A stretch of DNA of 64,000 nt, taken from positions 3,744,001 to 3,808,000 of the forward strand of contig OZ241362.1 in NCBI GenBank assembly GCA_965200315.1, written 5' to 3'. Every line of letters begins with the position of its first letter. Within the stretch, counting starts at the first letter, position 1. The notes beneath the pieces are model-generated. The model had not been told where the DNA came from. It saw only the letters and a program-made list of their open reading frames with translations, and made no database searches. Position numbers and translations under genes: made by a program. Shown one piece after another: positions 53,926 through 63,968 of this stretch. Source of the stretch: Candidatus Latescibacterota bacterium (GTDB lineage Bacteria; Latescibacterota; UBA2968; UBA8231).

Positions 53926-55403
53926 GGCGCAACTCCGAGCAGCCAGTGCGCGGCCTGGCGGGCGACCCCAGCCGTCAGCGAGGTCTGCACCCCCAAGCCA
54001 ACGGTAAGGGCGATGAGCAGCCATACGGGGATCTGCATGGAGCGGGGAGCTTCGGCAACGGGCGCGGCCTCTTCGGGCACCGGGCGGAAATAGGCGATCT
54101 CGACAAAGCGCCAGATATAGACCAGTGCCATGAGCGAACTGACCACCACCAGCGCGGCCACCGGCCACCACCCGCGTTCCAGCGCACCCAAGATCAAGTA
54201 CCACTTGCTGATAAAGCCCACGGTAAACGGCATGCCGACCAGCCCCAAGCCGGCGAGGACAAAGGCGCACGAAGTCAGCGGCAGGCGCTTGCCTAGCCCG
54301 CTGAGGTCGGCCAGTTGCAGGGAGTTGATGCGGAGGAAGATGCAACCAGCGGCCAAGAAGAGCGCCGCCTTCATCAGCGCGTGATTGAACAGGTGGACGA
54401 TGCCGGCCGTCAGCCCAGTGGCCGAGCCTAAGCTAACGCCGAGCATCACATAGCCGATCTGCGCCACGCTCGAATAGGCCAAAAGCCGCTTGAGATCGGT
54501 TTGGTAAATGGCCACGGACGAGGCGACGAAAATGCCCAAGAGCACCAACGGCAAGAGCAGAACATCGAGGTGCATGGTCCCAAAGGCGAAATCCGCGCCA
54601 AAGATCGCGAAGACGAAGCGCAGGAAGGCGTACACTGCGATCTTGGTCGCGGTCGCCGCGATAAAGGCGGTAACGGCTGAAGGAGCATAGGTGTAGGCGT
54701 TGGGCAACCAGATATGCAGCGGGAAAAGCGCCATTTTGAGGGTGAAACCAACGCTTATAAAGGCAAAGGCCGCGTGGATGGTGCGGGTGTGGGCAACGGC
54801 TTTGAGCCGTGCGGCGAGATCGGCCATGTTGAGTGTGCCGGTCATGGCGTACATCAGGCCGATGCCGATCAAGACAAAGGTCGCGCCGATAGTGCCCAAG
54901 ATCAGGTAGTTATAGGTCGCCATAAGGGCGCGGCGATCCCGGCCGAGGCTGATCAGCCCATACGCCGAAAGCGACGCGATCTCCATAAACACGAAGACGT
55001 TAAAGGCGTCGCCGGTGATGGCAATGCCCAGCAAGCCCGCTAGACAAAGCAGGAAGAGCGCGCAGAAATGCGGGCGGCGGGCGGCGGCGACTTCGCGCGC
55101 GGCACTCGCTGGCGCGTAGGTCAGGACCACGGCGCCAATCAGTGCCACCAGCAGGAGCAAATACGCATTGAGGACATCTACTCGGAACTCGATACCCCAA
55201 GGTGCGCTCCAGCCTCCCAAGGCATAGGAGATGGGGCCGGAGGAGAGGATGTGACTCAATAGCAGCGCGGCCAGCACCAGCGTACCCCAGCCGACAGCCA
55301 CGACGAACGGCCATAGCAAGCGCTGCGGACGCAGCAATAGGCAAAGAGGCGCAGCGACCAGCGGCAAGACGATCTGTAGGGCGGGTAGATGAGCGGCGAT
55401 CAC
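53922..55403 (-). CDS. mrpD: Monovalent cation/H+ antiporter subunit D
   Basis: DAFNVFVFMEI, KMALFPLHIWLPNAY and LAYSSVAQIG motifs. Confidence 0.9.
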   Translation of the reverse strand: MIAAHLPALQIVLPLVAAPLCLLLRPQRLLWPFVVAVGWGTLVLAALLLSHILSSGPISYALGGWSAPWGIEFRVDVLNAYLLLLVALIGAVVLTYAPASAAREVAAARRPHFCALFLLCLAGLLGIAITGDAFNVFVFMEIASLSAYGLISLGRDRRALMATYNYLILGTIGATFVLIGIGLMYAMTGTLNMADLAARLKAVAHTRTIHAAFAFISVGFTLKMALFPLHIWLPNAYTYAPSAVTAFIAATATKIAVYAFLRFVFAIFGADFAFGTMHLDVLLLPLVLLGIFVASSVAIYQTDLKRLLAYSSVAQIGYVMLGVSLGSATGLTAGIVHLFNHALMKAALFLAAGCIFLRINSLQLADLSGLGKRLPLTSCAFVLAGLGLVGMPFTVGFISKWYLILGALERGWWPVAALVVVSSLMALVYIWRFVEIAYFRPVPEEAAPVAEAPRSMQIPVWLLIALTVGLGVQTSLTAGVARQAAHWLLGVAP

Positions 55404-55756
55404 GACTCATCTTCCCGGCGTTGGATTTCGTCTTCTTCGATGGTTCCGTAGGCCGCGCGAATGCGCACCACCAGTGCCAATCCCACGGCGGTAGTGGCGA
55501 TGCCGACGACGATGGCGGTGAGGATAAGGACGTGGGGTAGTGGGTTGGAGTACGTCGTCGCGCCTTCGGCGAGGATGGGCGCGGTCCCCCCCTTGACCTT
55601 GCCTAGGCTAATGTAGAGCAAAAAGACCGAGGTCTGGAAGATATTGAGGCCGACCAGCTTCCTGAGTAGATTGCCGCGGGCGATGACGTTGTAGAAACCG
55701 GCCATCATCAGGAAAATGACGATCCAGTAGTTGTACAGACCGAGGAACGAACTCAT
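55400..55756 (-). CDS. mrpC: Cation/H+ antiporter subunit C
   Basis: NPLPHVLILTAIVVG motif. Confidence 0.93.
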   Translation of the reverse strand: MSSFLGLYNYWIVIFLMMAGFYNVIARGNLLRKLVGLNIFQTSVFLLYISLGKVKGGTAPILAEGATTYSNPLPHVLILTAIVVGIATTAVGLALVVRIRAAYGTIEEDEIQRREDES

Positions 55757-56736
55757 GGTCGCCCCCGACCGGCGAAGTGGCAGAAGATGCTGATTACCAC
55801 AGCGGCGACGGTAATGCCAACCCCTAGCTCAATCAGCAAGATGCCGTAGTGCTCGCCGCTAGTAGGCTCGCTGGCCAGCACCTTGTATTCGAGGAAATTG
55901 CCCCCGGCCAACAGGCAGGCCAAGCCCGTGCCGATGTAGAGCAGCAGCCCCAAGGCGAAAAAGACTTGGACGCGACCAGTAGGGGCCACCCGGCGCGCCT
56001 GCTCGACCCCGTAGATCAGGGCGTAGAGGATAAAGGCCGCGGCAAAGATCACGCCCGCTTGAAAACCGCCACCCGGACCGAAGTCGCCGTGGAACTGCAC
56101 GTAGAGGGCAAAGAGCAGAATCAGCGGGATGAAGAGCTTGGAGACGACGCGGAGGATCATCGCGTGGCGCATAGACTCGCTGTCGTCGGCTGCCGGCGCG
56201 GAACGGCTGCCGGACAAAAGCAAGAGCACCGCCAACCCGGCTGTGAAGATCACCGTCACCTCGCCCAAGGTGTCGTAGCCCCGGTAGCTAGCCAGTACGG
56301 AGGTGACCATGTTGGGTACGCCGATTTCCGCGGGAGACTCATTGATATAGCGGGGAGCTACGTGCTGGTGGATTGGGGCCGCCGGGTCGCCAAAGCGCGG
56401 CAGGTCCAAGGTGCCATAGACGAGCGCACCGCCGGTCAGGAGACAGACGCAGAGGCCGCTCCAGCTCAGTCGAGTCGCATGCTTGGAGCGGATTTTTTCC
56501 ACCGGCCCGGTTGAGGAGAGCGCGGCCAGAAAGAGCACCGTTGCCAAGCCGGCACCCACCGCCGCTTCGGTAAAAGCCACATCGACCGCGTCGAGGGTGG
56601 TAAAGATACAGGCCGAGAGCAGGCTGAAGATGCCGGTGAGCACCACCGCGGCAAAAAGGTCTCGCACTTGGATGATGGCCACGGCGATGATGGCGAGGAA
56701 CGTCAGCAGCGCGATGTTTACTAGTTCGATAGTCAC
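55753..56736 (-). CDS. mrpB: Antiporter subunit B (DUF4040 + MnhB fusion)
   Basis: DVAFTEAAVGAG, YRGYDTLGE and PGGGFQAG motifs. Confidence 0.88.
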   Translation of the reverse strand: MTIELVNIALLTFLAIIAVAIIQVRDLFAAVVLTGIFSLLSACIFTTLDAVDVAFTEAAVGAGLATVLFLAALSSTGPVEKIRSKHATRLSWSGLCVCLLTGGALVYGTLDLPRFGDPAAPIHQHVAPRYINESPAEIGVPNMVTSVLASYRGYDTLGEVTVIFTAGLAVLLLLSGSRSAPAADDSESMRHAMILRVVSKLFIPLILLFALYVQFHGDFGPGGGFQAGVIFAAAFILYALIYGVEQARRVAPTGRVQVFFALGLLLYIGTGLACLLAGGNFLEYKVLASEPTSGEHYGILLIELGVGITVAAVVISIFCHFAGRGRP

Positions 56737-57047
56737 TGTTTTTCCGCCGTGCCTTGAGGCACGAGCCCACTGTGCCGCGCCGCCCGGGCAATGGCGTGGG
56801 TGGCGACGGGGCTGGCCAGCAGCAGGAAGAGCGCGATCATCACCAGCTTGATGGTCGCCAGCGACAAGCCGCTCTGGAACATAAGCCCCAAGAGGACTAG
56901 ACTGGCGCCCAGCGTATCGGTGACACCGCCGCCGTGTAGGCGGCTGTAGAAGTCGGGCAGCCTCAGGAGGCCCAAGCCGCCGACGAAGCAAAAGCCGGCC
57001 CCCAACAGCAGACAGGCCCAGCTAGCATAGTAGAGCAGTGCTTCCAT
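56733..57047 (-). CDS. mrpG: Antiporter subunit G
   Basis: GLLRLPDFYSRLH and PVATHAIARAA motifs. Confidence 0.93.
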   Translation of the reverse strand: MEALLYYASWACLLLGAGFCFVGGLGLLRLPDFYSRLHGGGVTDTLGASLVLLGLMFQSGLSLATIKLVMIALFLLLASPVATHAIARAARHSGLVPQGTAEKQ

Positions 57048-57313
57048 CAGGCTTGGGCTTCCTCCTCACCGACAGTCGATACGTATTTGAGGATGGCGAT
57101 GGTGCCGATGAAATTGATTAGCGCATAGACCAGCCCCAAATCGAGGAAATCGGGCCGGCCAGTCAAAAAGCCGATGACCGACAAAAGCAACACGGTCTTG
57201 GTGCCAAACATGTTGACGGCGAGCACGCGGTCGTACACGGTGGGTCCCTTCAGGGCGCGGACCAAGGCCAGCAACATAGTGGCTAACACCCCTACCATCG
57301 CAGCGGCGAACAC
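57047..57313 (-). CDS. mrpF: Antiporter subunit F
   Basis: GPTVYDRVLA and FIGTIA motifs. Confidence 0.93.
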   Translation of the reverse strand: MFAAAMVGVLATMLLALVRALKGPTVYDRVLAVNMFGTKTVLLLSVIGFLTGRPDFLDLGLVYALINFIGTIAILKYVSTVGEEEAQA

Positions 57314-57801
57314 TAGTGCTCCCCCTCCAAGTCGGTTACGCGGCCATCCATGTCCCCAGAGCGCACGTCCTCGGCAGTTTCGCGGGTCAAGGCGTGGACA
57401 TCAATGATGCCTTCGTCGGTCTCAACGGCGACCGTGCCCGGCGTCAGGGTGATGGAGTTGGCGTAGATGACTTGTCCCAAGTGGGTCTTTTGGCTCGCCT
57501 CAACTCGGATTACGCGGGGCGACATCGGCAGCCGAGGATGCAATATCCGCCGGGCGACATCGATATTGGCTTTGGTTATCGCCCAGAGGAGCCAAGGTAT
57601 ATAGCGCATCATGCCGAGAGCCAGATGGATGGGATGCCCTTCGGGATCGACTATCTGCATGCGGCGGCAGACGGCGACGACCCCAAGGCAAGAGAGCACG
57701 CCCAAGCCCAAGAGCAGAGCCGTGTAAATGCCCGACAAAAGCAGCCAGATCAAAAACAGCAGGACGAAAAGACTAAGCGTTCTACGCAGCGTGTTCGGCA
57801 A
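57313..57801 (-). CDS. mrpE: Antiporter subunit E
   Basis: ANSITLTPGT and VHAL motifs. Start approximate. Confidence 0.92.
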   Translation of the reverse strand: MPNTLRRTLSLFVLLFLIWLLLSGIYTALLLGLGVLSCLGVVAVCRRMQIVDPEGHPIHLALGMMRYIPWLLWAITKANIDVARRILHPRLPMSPRVIRVEASQKTHLGQVIYANSITLTPGTVAVETDEGIIDVHALTRETAEDVRSGDMDGRVTDLEGEH

Positions 57802-57921
57802 AATAGGCCTCAATTCTTCTTGCAACGAGCGGACATAATTTCTGCATTTGCAGGTTTGGATGCAAGCTGTTGGGCGGCGCACCAGTAACCAATTTCAGAG
57901 GCGTTTATCATCTTGATACGC

Positions 57922-58716
57922 TCAGCGATCGACGACCCAGTACGTCGCTCCGATCTCTTTTGCACCTGCGTACGGCTGGCCGTCGTGGGTGCCAAAAAGC
58001 TGCCAGCGGCTAAATCCTGCTAGGCGCAGCAATAGCTGAAACTCTTCTTTGTAGATCCACCGCGCCGTCATGGACTCTACCGCTGTTTCTCCGTCGTAGG
58101 CAAAAAACCACTGATAGTGCTCAGTCTGCTCGCCCAGATCGACGGTCTTTTTGAACCGGACGCTGATTTGGCGACCTGTTTGGGGATGGGGAAATTCGCC
58201 GAAGGCCTCCAGCGACGGGGACGGCCTGACGTGAACCAGCAGATCATCGGCGAGCGACGGGATGTAGAAGTTCATCAGTAGCCGCCCGTTAGGCACCAGA
58301 TGGGCGCGGATGCGTTCGAGACAAGTGATTTGGGCTGCTTGGCTGGGCAAGAGCATGAACGAGCTGGCCGGAATTAGGATAGCCGCAAAGGATTGATCGT
58401 AGCAGAAATCAATTAGGTCCTGACAGCAGACGCGGCGGTCAATATCGTCCAGCCCCAGAGTCGCTGCCTTGCGCCGCAAAACGGCCAGCATCCCTGCGGC
58501 GCAGTCGAAACCCCTGATGTCAACGCCTTGGCGCAAAAGGCGGAGCAGAATCGAACCAGTACCACAAGCTGCTTCGAGGACCGGGCCCGCCTCTCCGGCG
58601 AGCTGCATGCTGTAGAATTGGAACTCGCGCTCGTGCGTCTGCTGCCTGTCGCCCCGCTCGTTCCACTGGTCGTATATCAGCGGCCACCAGGGATTGTCGT
58701 AATTGGCGTCAGTCAC
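57922..58716 (-). CDS. Class I SAM-dependent methyltransferase
   Basis: VLEAACGTG and HLVPNGRL motifs. Confidence 0.88.
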   Translation of the reverse strand: MTDANYDNPWWPLIYDQWNERGDRQQTHEREFQFYSMQLAGEAGPVLEAACGTGSILLRLLRQGVDIRGFDCAAGMLAVLRRKAATLGLDDIDRRVCCQDLIDFCYDQSFAAILIPASSFMLLPSQAAQITCLERIRAHLVPNGRLLMNFYIPSLADDLLVHVRPSPSLEAFGEFPHPQTGRQISVRFKKTVDLGEQTEHYQWFFAYDGETAVESMTARWIYKEEFQLLLRLAGFSRWQLFGTHDGQPYAGAKEIGATYWVVDR

Positions 58717-58881
58717 AAGTGCAGGGCCTCCATTGGGTCGCGGCGCGGTCGGCTGCTTGCCCCATCGCCCGGCAAGGGACAATTTCTTGTTTCATGCGCT
58801 AACCGCTAGCGCCCATTCAATAAAGGGATGATGATAGGCACTAATCGCGAAAAAGTGCAACACCAGCAAAGGGAAAACGCC

Positions 58882-59622
58882 GTGGACGCTCAACAACAGT
58901 ACCTCTTCGACCTACAGGGCTACATCGTACTCAAGGGCGTCGTGCCCTCAGCAGTGGTCGCCGCCTGCAATCAGGTTCTGGACCGCTTCGAGACCATGGA
59001 CGAGGCCGATTATCCACCGCCGCTGTGTTTGGGCGACCAGCGCACACAGCAGAACCTCTATATTTCAAACATTCTCGAAGGCGACGAAGTCTTCCGCGCG
59101 TTGATTGATATCCCCGCCGTCTTAGACGTCGTCGCCACCGTCACCGGGGGGCCATACCGACTCAACCACACCTATGCGATCTATCGCTGGGGCGGCTACA
59201 CTGGCCTGCACATGCACGGTACGCCCATCATTCCCAAGTGTCAGTATCACTGCCGCAACGGGCAGATGGTTTCGACCCTAACCAAGGCGGTCTTTCCCCT
59301 GCTCGATTGCGCCGAGCAAGACGGCTGTTTCGCCGTGATCCCCGGGGCTCACAAAAGCAACTTTCCTAGGCCCTGGGGCCATCATCCAGACGAAAATCCG
59401 GCGCTGCAAGCCGTGCCAGCCGCCGCCGGGGACGCTATCATCTTTACCGAGGCGTTGACCCACGGCTCGCTGGTCAATACTTCCGATCGCCCTCGCCGGA
59501 CCCTATATTATTGCTACAGCACGGGATATATGCCCGACTGGGGCGGACAGCACCTGCGCTTCAGCAACGAAATCTACGAGGCATTGCCCGAGCAACAGCG
59601 CGAAATACTCAGGCTAAAATGA
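58882..59622 (+). CDS. Phytanoyl-CoA dioxygenase family protein (atypical metal motif)
   Basis: YLFDLQGY, IPGAHKSNF and FTEALTHGS motifs. Has LHMHG in place of HxD. Confidence 0.85.
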   Translation: MDAQQQYLFDLQGYIVLKGVVPSAVVAACNQVLDRFETMDEADYPPPLCLGDQRTQQNLYISNILEGDEVFRALIDIPAVLDVVATVTGGPYRLNHTYAIYRWGGYTGLHMHGTPIIPKCQYHCRNGQMVSTLTKAVFPLLDCAEQDGCFAVIPGAHKSNFPRPWGHHPDENPALQAVPAAAGDAIIFTEALTHGSLVNTSDRPRRTLYYCYSTGYMPDWGGQHLRFSNEIYEALPEQQREILRLK

Positions 59623-59629
59623 CGGAGAA

Positions 59630-60511
59630 ATGGTCATGCTGACTCAGGAACAAATCGCCAGCTACCAAGAAAAGGGCTACCTCGGCGTTGAGGGGGTACT
59701 AGACTCAGGGGAGGTCGAGGCGCTGCGGCAGGTCACCGACGAGTTCGTGGCCCAGTCGCGGGCCGCGATCGCAAGCGATGCCGTATTCGACTTGGAGCCG
59801 GGGCACGCGCCCGACAGCCCCAAGCTGCGGCGGCTCAAAAGCCCGGTCGCCCAGCACGAGATTTACCGCAGTATGCTGCGCCACGAGCGGATTGTGGCCA
59901 TTGTCGCCCAGTTGATCGGCCCGCGCATCCGCACCAACGGCGACAAGCTCAACATGAAATCCGGCGAGTTCGGCAGTCCGGTGGAGTGGCACCAAGACTG
60001 GGCCTTTTATCCGCACACCAACGACGACCTGCTCGCCGTGGGCGTGTGCATCGACGATATGAACGAGACAAACGGCTGCTTACTCGTCATCCCTCGGTCG
60101 CACAAAGGACCGATCTACAACCACCACCTCGACGGTCATTTCGCCGGCGCAGTGACCGCGACGGATTTCGACGACTCCGCGGCCGAAAAGGTCGAACTAA
60201 AAGCTGGCGGCATCTCCATCCACCACGTCCGCGCCCTGCACGCCTCCCTGCCCAACATCTCGCCCCATCCGCGCCGGCTGCTGCTCTTGCAGTATTGCGC
60301 TGGCGACTCTTGGCCCTTGGTGCCGGCGACCGATTGGGAGGGCTATTGCCGAAGCTTTGTGCGCGGCGAGCCGAGCCGCCACATCCGCGTTGCCGACGTG
60401 CCCGTGAGTATGCCGATGCCCGCAGCCAAGGTCGGCGGCTCCATCTACGCCACCCAGACCGTATTGCGCCAATCGACCTTCGGATCGGCGAAAGCCGCGC
60501 AGCCCACCTAA
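59630..60511 (+). CDS. Phytanoyl-CoA dioxygenase family protein
   Basis: KLNMK and WHQDWAFYPHTN motifs; paralog of 38871-39767. Confidence 0.92.
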   Translation: MVMLTQEQIASYQEKGYLGVEGVLDSGEVEALRQVTDEFVAQSRAAIASDAVFDLEPGHAPDSPKLRRLKSPVAQHEIYRSMLRHERIVAIVAQLIGPRIRTNGDKLNMKSGEFGSPVEWHQDWAFYPHTNDDLLAVGVCIDDMNETNGCLLVIPRSHKGPIYNHHLDGHFAGAVTATDFDDSAAEKVELKAGGISIHHVRALHASLPNISPHPRRLLLLQYCAGDSWPLVPATDWEGYCRSFVRGEPSRHIRVADVPVSMPMPAAKVGGSIYATQTVLRQSTFGSAKAAQPT

Positions 60512-60535
60512 CACTACGCACGGCGCGTTGCGCCC

Positions 60536-61459
60536 ATGAACCTGCAACACCTGCGCTACTTTCTCGCCGTGGTGCGCACGGGCAGCTTTACCCAAGCGGC
60601 GCGCCAGATGAACGTGACCCAGCCGACGATTTCCAGCGCCGTTTTGGAGCTGGAGAAGAGCATGGGGGTCCAGCTTTTCAACCGCGACAATCGGCACGTG
60701 GCCCTGACGACCGAGGGCCGTCTGCTGCTGAGCTATGCCGTCCAAGTCGAGGACTTGCTGGAGGAGGCGAGCGAGCGGCTACAGAGGAGCGACCTAGAGC
60801 CGGGAGGAGGCTTTCAGTTCGGGGCGGTAGATGCGGCTGTCATCTATCTCCTGCCGGAAATTCTCAAAGAGTACATGCGCCGCTATCCGGGCGTGGTGCT
60901 CAAGACCCAAGTCGCCCCCTCGCGTTACCTCATTGACGACCTGCTGATGCAGCGCTCTGAATTCGCGCTGGTTCACCTGCCCTATACCCATCCCAAAATC
61001 GACGCCGTGTCGATTTACCGCGACGACATGCCCTTGGTCGTAGGGCCAGCCCATCGCTTTGCCCGGTGCGGGGCCGTCGCCCTCGCCGAAGTGGTGGAAG
61101 AGCCTCTGATCCTCTTTCACGCCGACTCAATCTCGCGCAAGGTGATTGACGAGCAACTCGCCGAAGCCGGCCTAGTGCCGGGCGCGGTAATGGAGCTGCA
61201 CAGCCCAGAGGCCATGCGCAAGTTGGTGGAGACCGGCGTGGGCATCTCGTTTTTGCCGCGGCTGACCATCCGCGCGTCGCTGGCGAGCGGCGCGCTCAAA
61301 ACAGTGGATGTGCGCGGCGTGGCCTTTGAGCGCGAAATCGGCGTAGCTTGGCGTCGGGGCCGCTACTTTGGCCAAGCCGTGCGGCTCTTGCTCGATGCCG
61401 TATTCGCCTCCTACGGCGGGCGGGACGAGTGGCTGGTGAAGAGCGCCGCCAAGGGGTAG
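60536..61459 (+). CDS. LysR family transcriptional regulator
   Basis: GSFTQAARQMNVTQPTIS..V..LE...G..LF.R HTH motif. Confidence 0.95.
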   Translation: MNLQHLRYFLAVVRTGSFTQAARQMNVTQPTISSAVLELEKSMGVQLFNRDNRHVALTTEGRLLLSYAVQVEDLLEEASERLQRSDLEPGGGFQFGAVDAAVIYLLPEILKEYMRRYPGVVLKTQVAPSRYLIDDLLMQRSEFALVHLPYTHPKIDAVSIYRDDMPLVVGPAHRFARCGAVALAEVVEEPLILFHADSISRKVIDEQLAEAGLVPGAVMELHSPEAMRKLVETGVGISFLPRLTIRASLASGALKTVDVRGVAFEREIGVAWRRGRYFGQAVRLLLDAVFASYGGRDEWLVKSAAKG

Positions 61460-61563
61460 TTGTATGTCGGCATGGTCCGCTTGTATTTGCTTTCTAGCAG
61501 CCCTTGCTGCGGCCTTTTCCCATCTTGCTATAATCCACCTCAGCGGCGTTTTTATTTTTGAAC

Positions 61564-61654
61564 AGAAGCCGTCTGAAAACCCTTAATGAGCCCTGAGTTC
61601 GAGCGAAAAGGCGACAGCTAGGCGAAGGCCGCTAGGAATTTCCAGACAGCTTCT
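61564..61654. mobile_element. MITE-like element with 16-bp imperfect terminal inverted repeats
   Basis: AGAAGCCGTCTGAAAA ... TTTCCAGACAGCTTCT. The same left end recurs at 63969. Confidence 0.6.
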
Positions 61655-61688
61655 TATCCACTGTTTTACTCACTGGAGAATAACGATT

Positions 61689-63050
61689 ATGATCGACCCC
61701 AAGACCGTGCGCGCCCATCCCGATGCCATGCGCGAGGCGATAGAAGCGCGGAAAGTTGACCCGGCCAAAGCCAATGTGGATGACTGGTTGGCCCTTGACG
61801 GGAAGCGGCAAAAGCTGCAACGGAAGATTGACGCGCTCAACAGCGAGAAAAAGCAACTAGCGCAACTCGGCCGTACCAACCCGGACGCAGCGCGGGAAAA
61901 GGGGCGGGAGTTGCGCAAGCGCGGGCGGGATCTGGAGCAATATTTGGGAACCGTCGTCGCCGAGTGGCAGCAAATCATGGATTGGTTCCCCAACTGGCCG
62001 CATCCCGACATGCCCGCCGGTGAGGACGAGGCAGACAACGTCGAGGAGAAAGCCTGGATTCCGGGGCAAGGCTACCTAGCAGGCGATAAACTGGGGCGCG
62101 GAAACACCAGCGCCCAGTACATGCCCACGCGACCCCTGCACGCCCCAGACGATGACTTTGCTCCCCTCCATCACGCGGACCTCGGCGTCAAATTAGGCGG
62201 CATCAACACCTTGCAGGGCGGCCAAGTTTCCGGCTCGCGCTTTGCCTATTTGCGCGGCGATGTCGCGCGGATGCAATATGCCCTGAGCCAACTCCTCATC
62301 GACGAGCTTTTAGCGCGTGGGTACGAGATGTTCGTGCCGCCGCTCCTCGTGCGGGAGCGCTCGCTGTACGGCACCTCGCACTTTCCCGAAGGCCGCGACC
62401 AAGTCTATGCCATCAAGACCGACAACGTGGAAGAAAGAGCCGAGCTTTTCTTGGTGGGGTCGTCCGAGCCGGCCAATTTCAGCTACTTCATGGACCAGAC
62501 CTTGGACTCAGCCGAGCTGCCCGTCAAGATCTTTGCCTATACGGCTTGCTTTCGCTCGGAAGCCGGGTCTTGGGGCCAAGACGTCAAGGGCATCAAGCGC
62601 ATGCACCAATTCGACAAAATCGAAATGAACGCCGTGTGCCTGCCCGATCAGTCTGAAGCCCTGTACGAGGAATTCGGCCAAATCAACGAATGGCTCCTGC
62701 AAAAGCTGGCCCTGCCCTACCGGGTCGTCGATAAGTGCCACGGCGACGCCGGCTATCTGGCCAGCCATCGGCAGCGGGACGTGGAAGTGTGGATGTCTGG
62801 GACGGGCGAGTTCATGGAGGTGATGACCGACACCAACGCCACCGACTATCAGGCCCGGCGCTTGAACATCCGCTACAAGGGCGCAGCCGGGCGGGGATTT
62901 TGCCACCTCGTCAACGACACGGGGTGCGCGATGGGGCGGCTGCTGATCGCCATTTTGGACAACTATCAACAGCCCGACGGCGCTGTGCAGGTCCCCGAAG
63001 CCTTGCAACGGGTCGTGCAGAAGAGCACCCTGCAACCGAAAGGCGCGTGA
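61689..63050 (+). CDS. serS: Serine--tRNA ligase
   Basis: Coiled-coil N-terminal arm; CFRSEAGS, RMHQFDKIE, TDYQARRLNIRY and LDNYQQPDG motifs. Confidence 0.96.
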   Translation: MIDPKTVRAHPDAMREAIEARKVDPAKANVDDWLALDGKRQKLQRKIDALNSEKKQLAQLGRTNPDAAREKGRELRKRGRDLEQYLGTVVAEWQQIMDWFPNWPHPDMPAGEDEADNVEEKAWIPGQGYLAGDKLGRGNTSAQYMPTRPLHAPDDDFAPLHHADLGVKLGGINTLQGGQVSGSRFAYLRGDVARMQYALSQLLIDELLARGYEMFVPPLLVRERSLYGTSHFPEGRDQVYAIKTDNVEERAELFLVGSSEPANFSYFMDQTLDSAELPVKIFAYTACFRSEAGSWGQDVKGIKRMHQFDKIEMNAVCLPDQSEALYEEFGQINEWLLQKLALPYRVVDKCHGDAGYLASHRQRDVEVWMSGTGEFMEVMTDTNATDYQARRLNIRYKGAAGRGFCHLVNDTGCAMGRLLIAILDNYQQPDGAVQVPEALQRVVQKSTLQPKGA

Positions 63051-63946
63051 TGGGCGAGCGACTCGATGGCCGGGCGATTGCGGCTCAAGTGCGAGAAGAG
63101 CTGCGGGCGGACATCACGCGCCTGAAGCAGGAGCACGGTTTGGTGCCGGGCTTGGCGGTTGTGCTGGTAGGGGACAACCCAGCCTCGCAGTCTTATGTGC
63201 GCGCCAAGGGCCGCGCCTGTACAGCCCTCGGCATTCACTCCGTGCAAGTAGATTTGCCGGCCAACGCTACCACCGAAGACTTGCTAGCCACCGCCGAGCG
63301 GCTCAACGCCGACGACGCGATCCACGGCATCTTGATACAGCTACCGCTGCCGGGCCAAGACGAGCAGCAAGTCCTCAACGCCATTGACCCGAATAAGGAT
63401 GTCGATGGCTTGCATCCGGTCAATTTGGGCCGCCTCGTGCGGCAGGAGGAGTGCTTTTGGCCCTGTACGCCGCACGGGGCCGTGCAGATTCTCAGTCGCA
63501 GCGGGATCGAGGTAGCAGGCCAGCACGTAGTCGTGGTCGGCCGCAGTACACTCGTGGGTCGGCCCGTAGCCATTTTGCTGGGGCACAAGGCGGCCGGGGC
63601 CAATGCCACGGTGACCCTGTGCCACACCGGCACCCGCGACCTCGGGCACTTTACGCGCCAAGCGGACATCTTAGTGGTGGCGGCTGGGGTTCCGCGGGGG
63701 ATCACCGCGGATATGGTCAAAGAAGGGGCCGTGGTAATCGACGTGGGCATCAACCAAATCGACGATCCTTCGCGCGAACGCGGCTGGCGGCTCGTCGGCG
63801 ACGTGGACTACAAACAAGTGCGCCCGAAGGTCCGTGCGATTACGCCCGTGCCCAACGGGGTTGGGCCGATGACGATCGCGCTGTTGCTCTACAACACCGT
63901 GTGGGCGGCCCAGCGGCAGGTGGGGCTGAAAGGGGGGCTTACTTAG
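63050..63946 (+). CDS. folD: Methylenetetrahydrofolate dehydrogenase/cyclohydrolase
   Basis: QLPLP, KDVDG, PCTP, GRS..VG.P and TPVPNGVGPMT motifs. Confidence 0.97.
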   Translation: MGERLDGRAIAAQVREELRADITRLKQEHGLVPGLAVVLVGDNPASQSYVRAKGRACTALGIHSVQVDLPANATTEDLLATAERLNADDAIHGILIQLPLPGQDEQQVLNAIDPNKDVDGLHPVNLGRLVRQEECFWPCTPHGAVQILSRSGIEVAGQHVVVVGRSTLVGRPVAILLGHKAAGANATVTLCHTGTRDLGHFTRQADILVVAAGVPRGITADMVKEGAVVIDVGINQIDDPSRERGWRLVGDVDYKQVRPKVRAITPVPNGVGPMTIALLLYNTVWAAQRQVGLKGGLT

Positions 63947-63968
63947 AATGACGACAGAAAAAGCTCTT

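Noticed and set aside
61568-61577. GCCGTCTGAA, the Neisseria DNA uptake sequence, seen here and at 63973
   Set aside because: I saw only two copies in 64 kb, both inside the same TIR. A true DUS would be far more frequent.
61460-61688. Possible T-box riboswitch before serS
   Set aside because: No T-box consensus or terminator/antiterminator pair is visible, and the hairpin is explained by the MITE-like TIRs.
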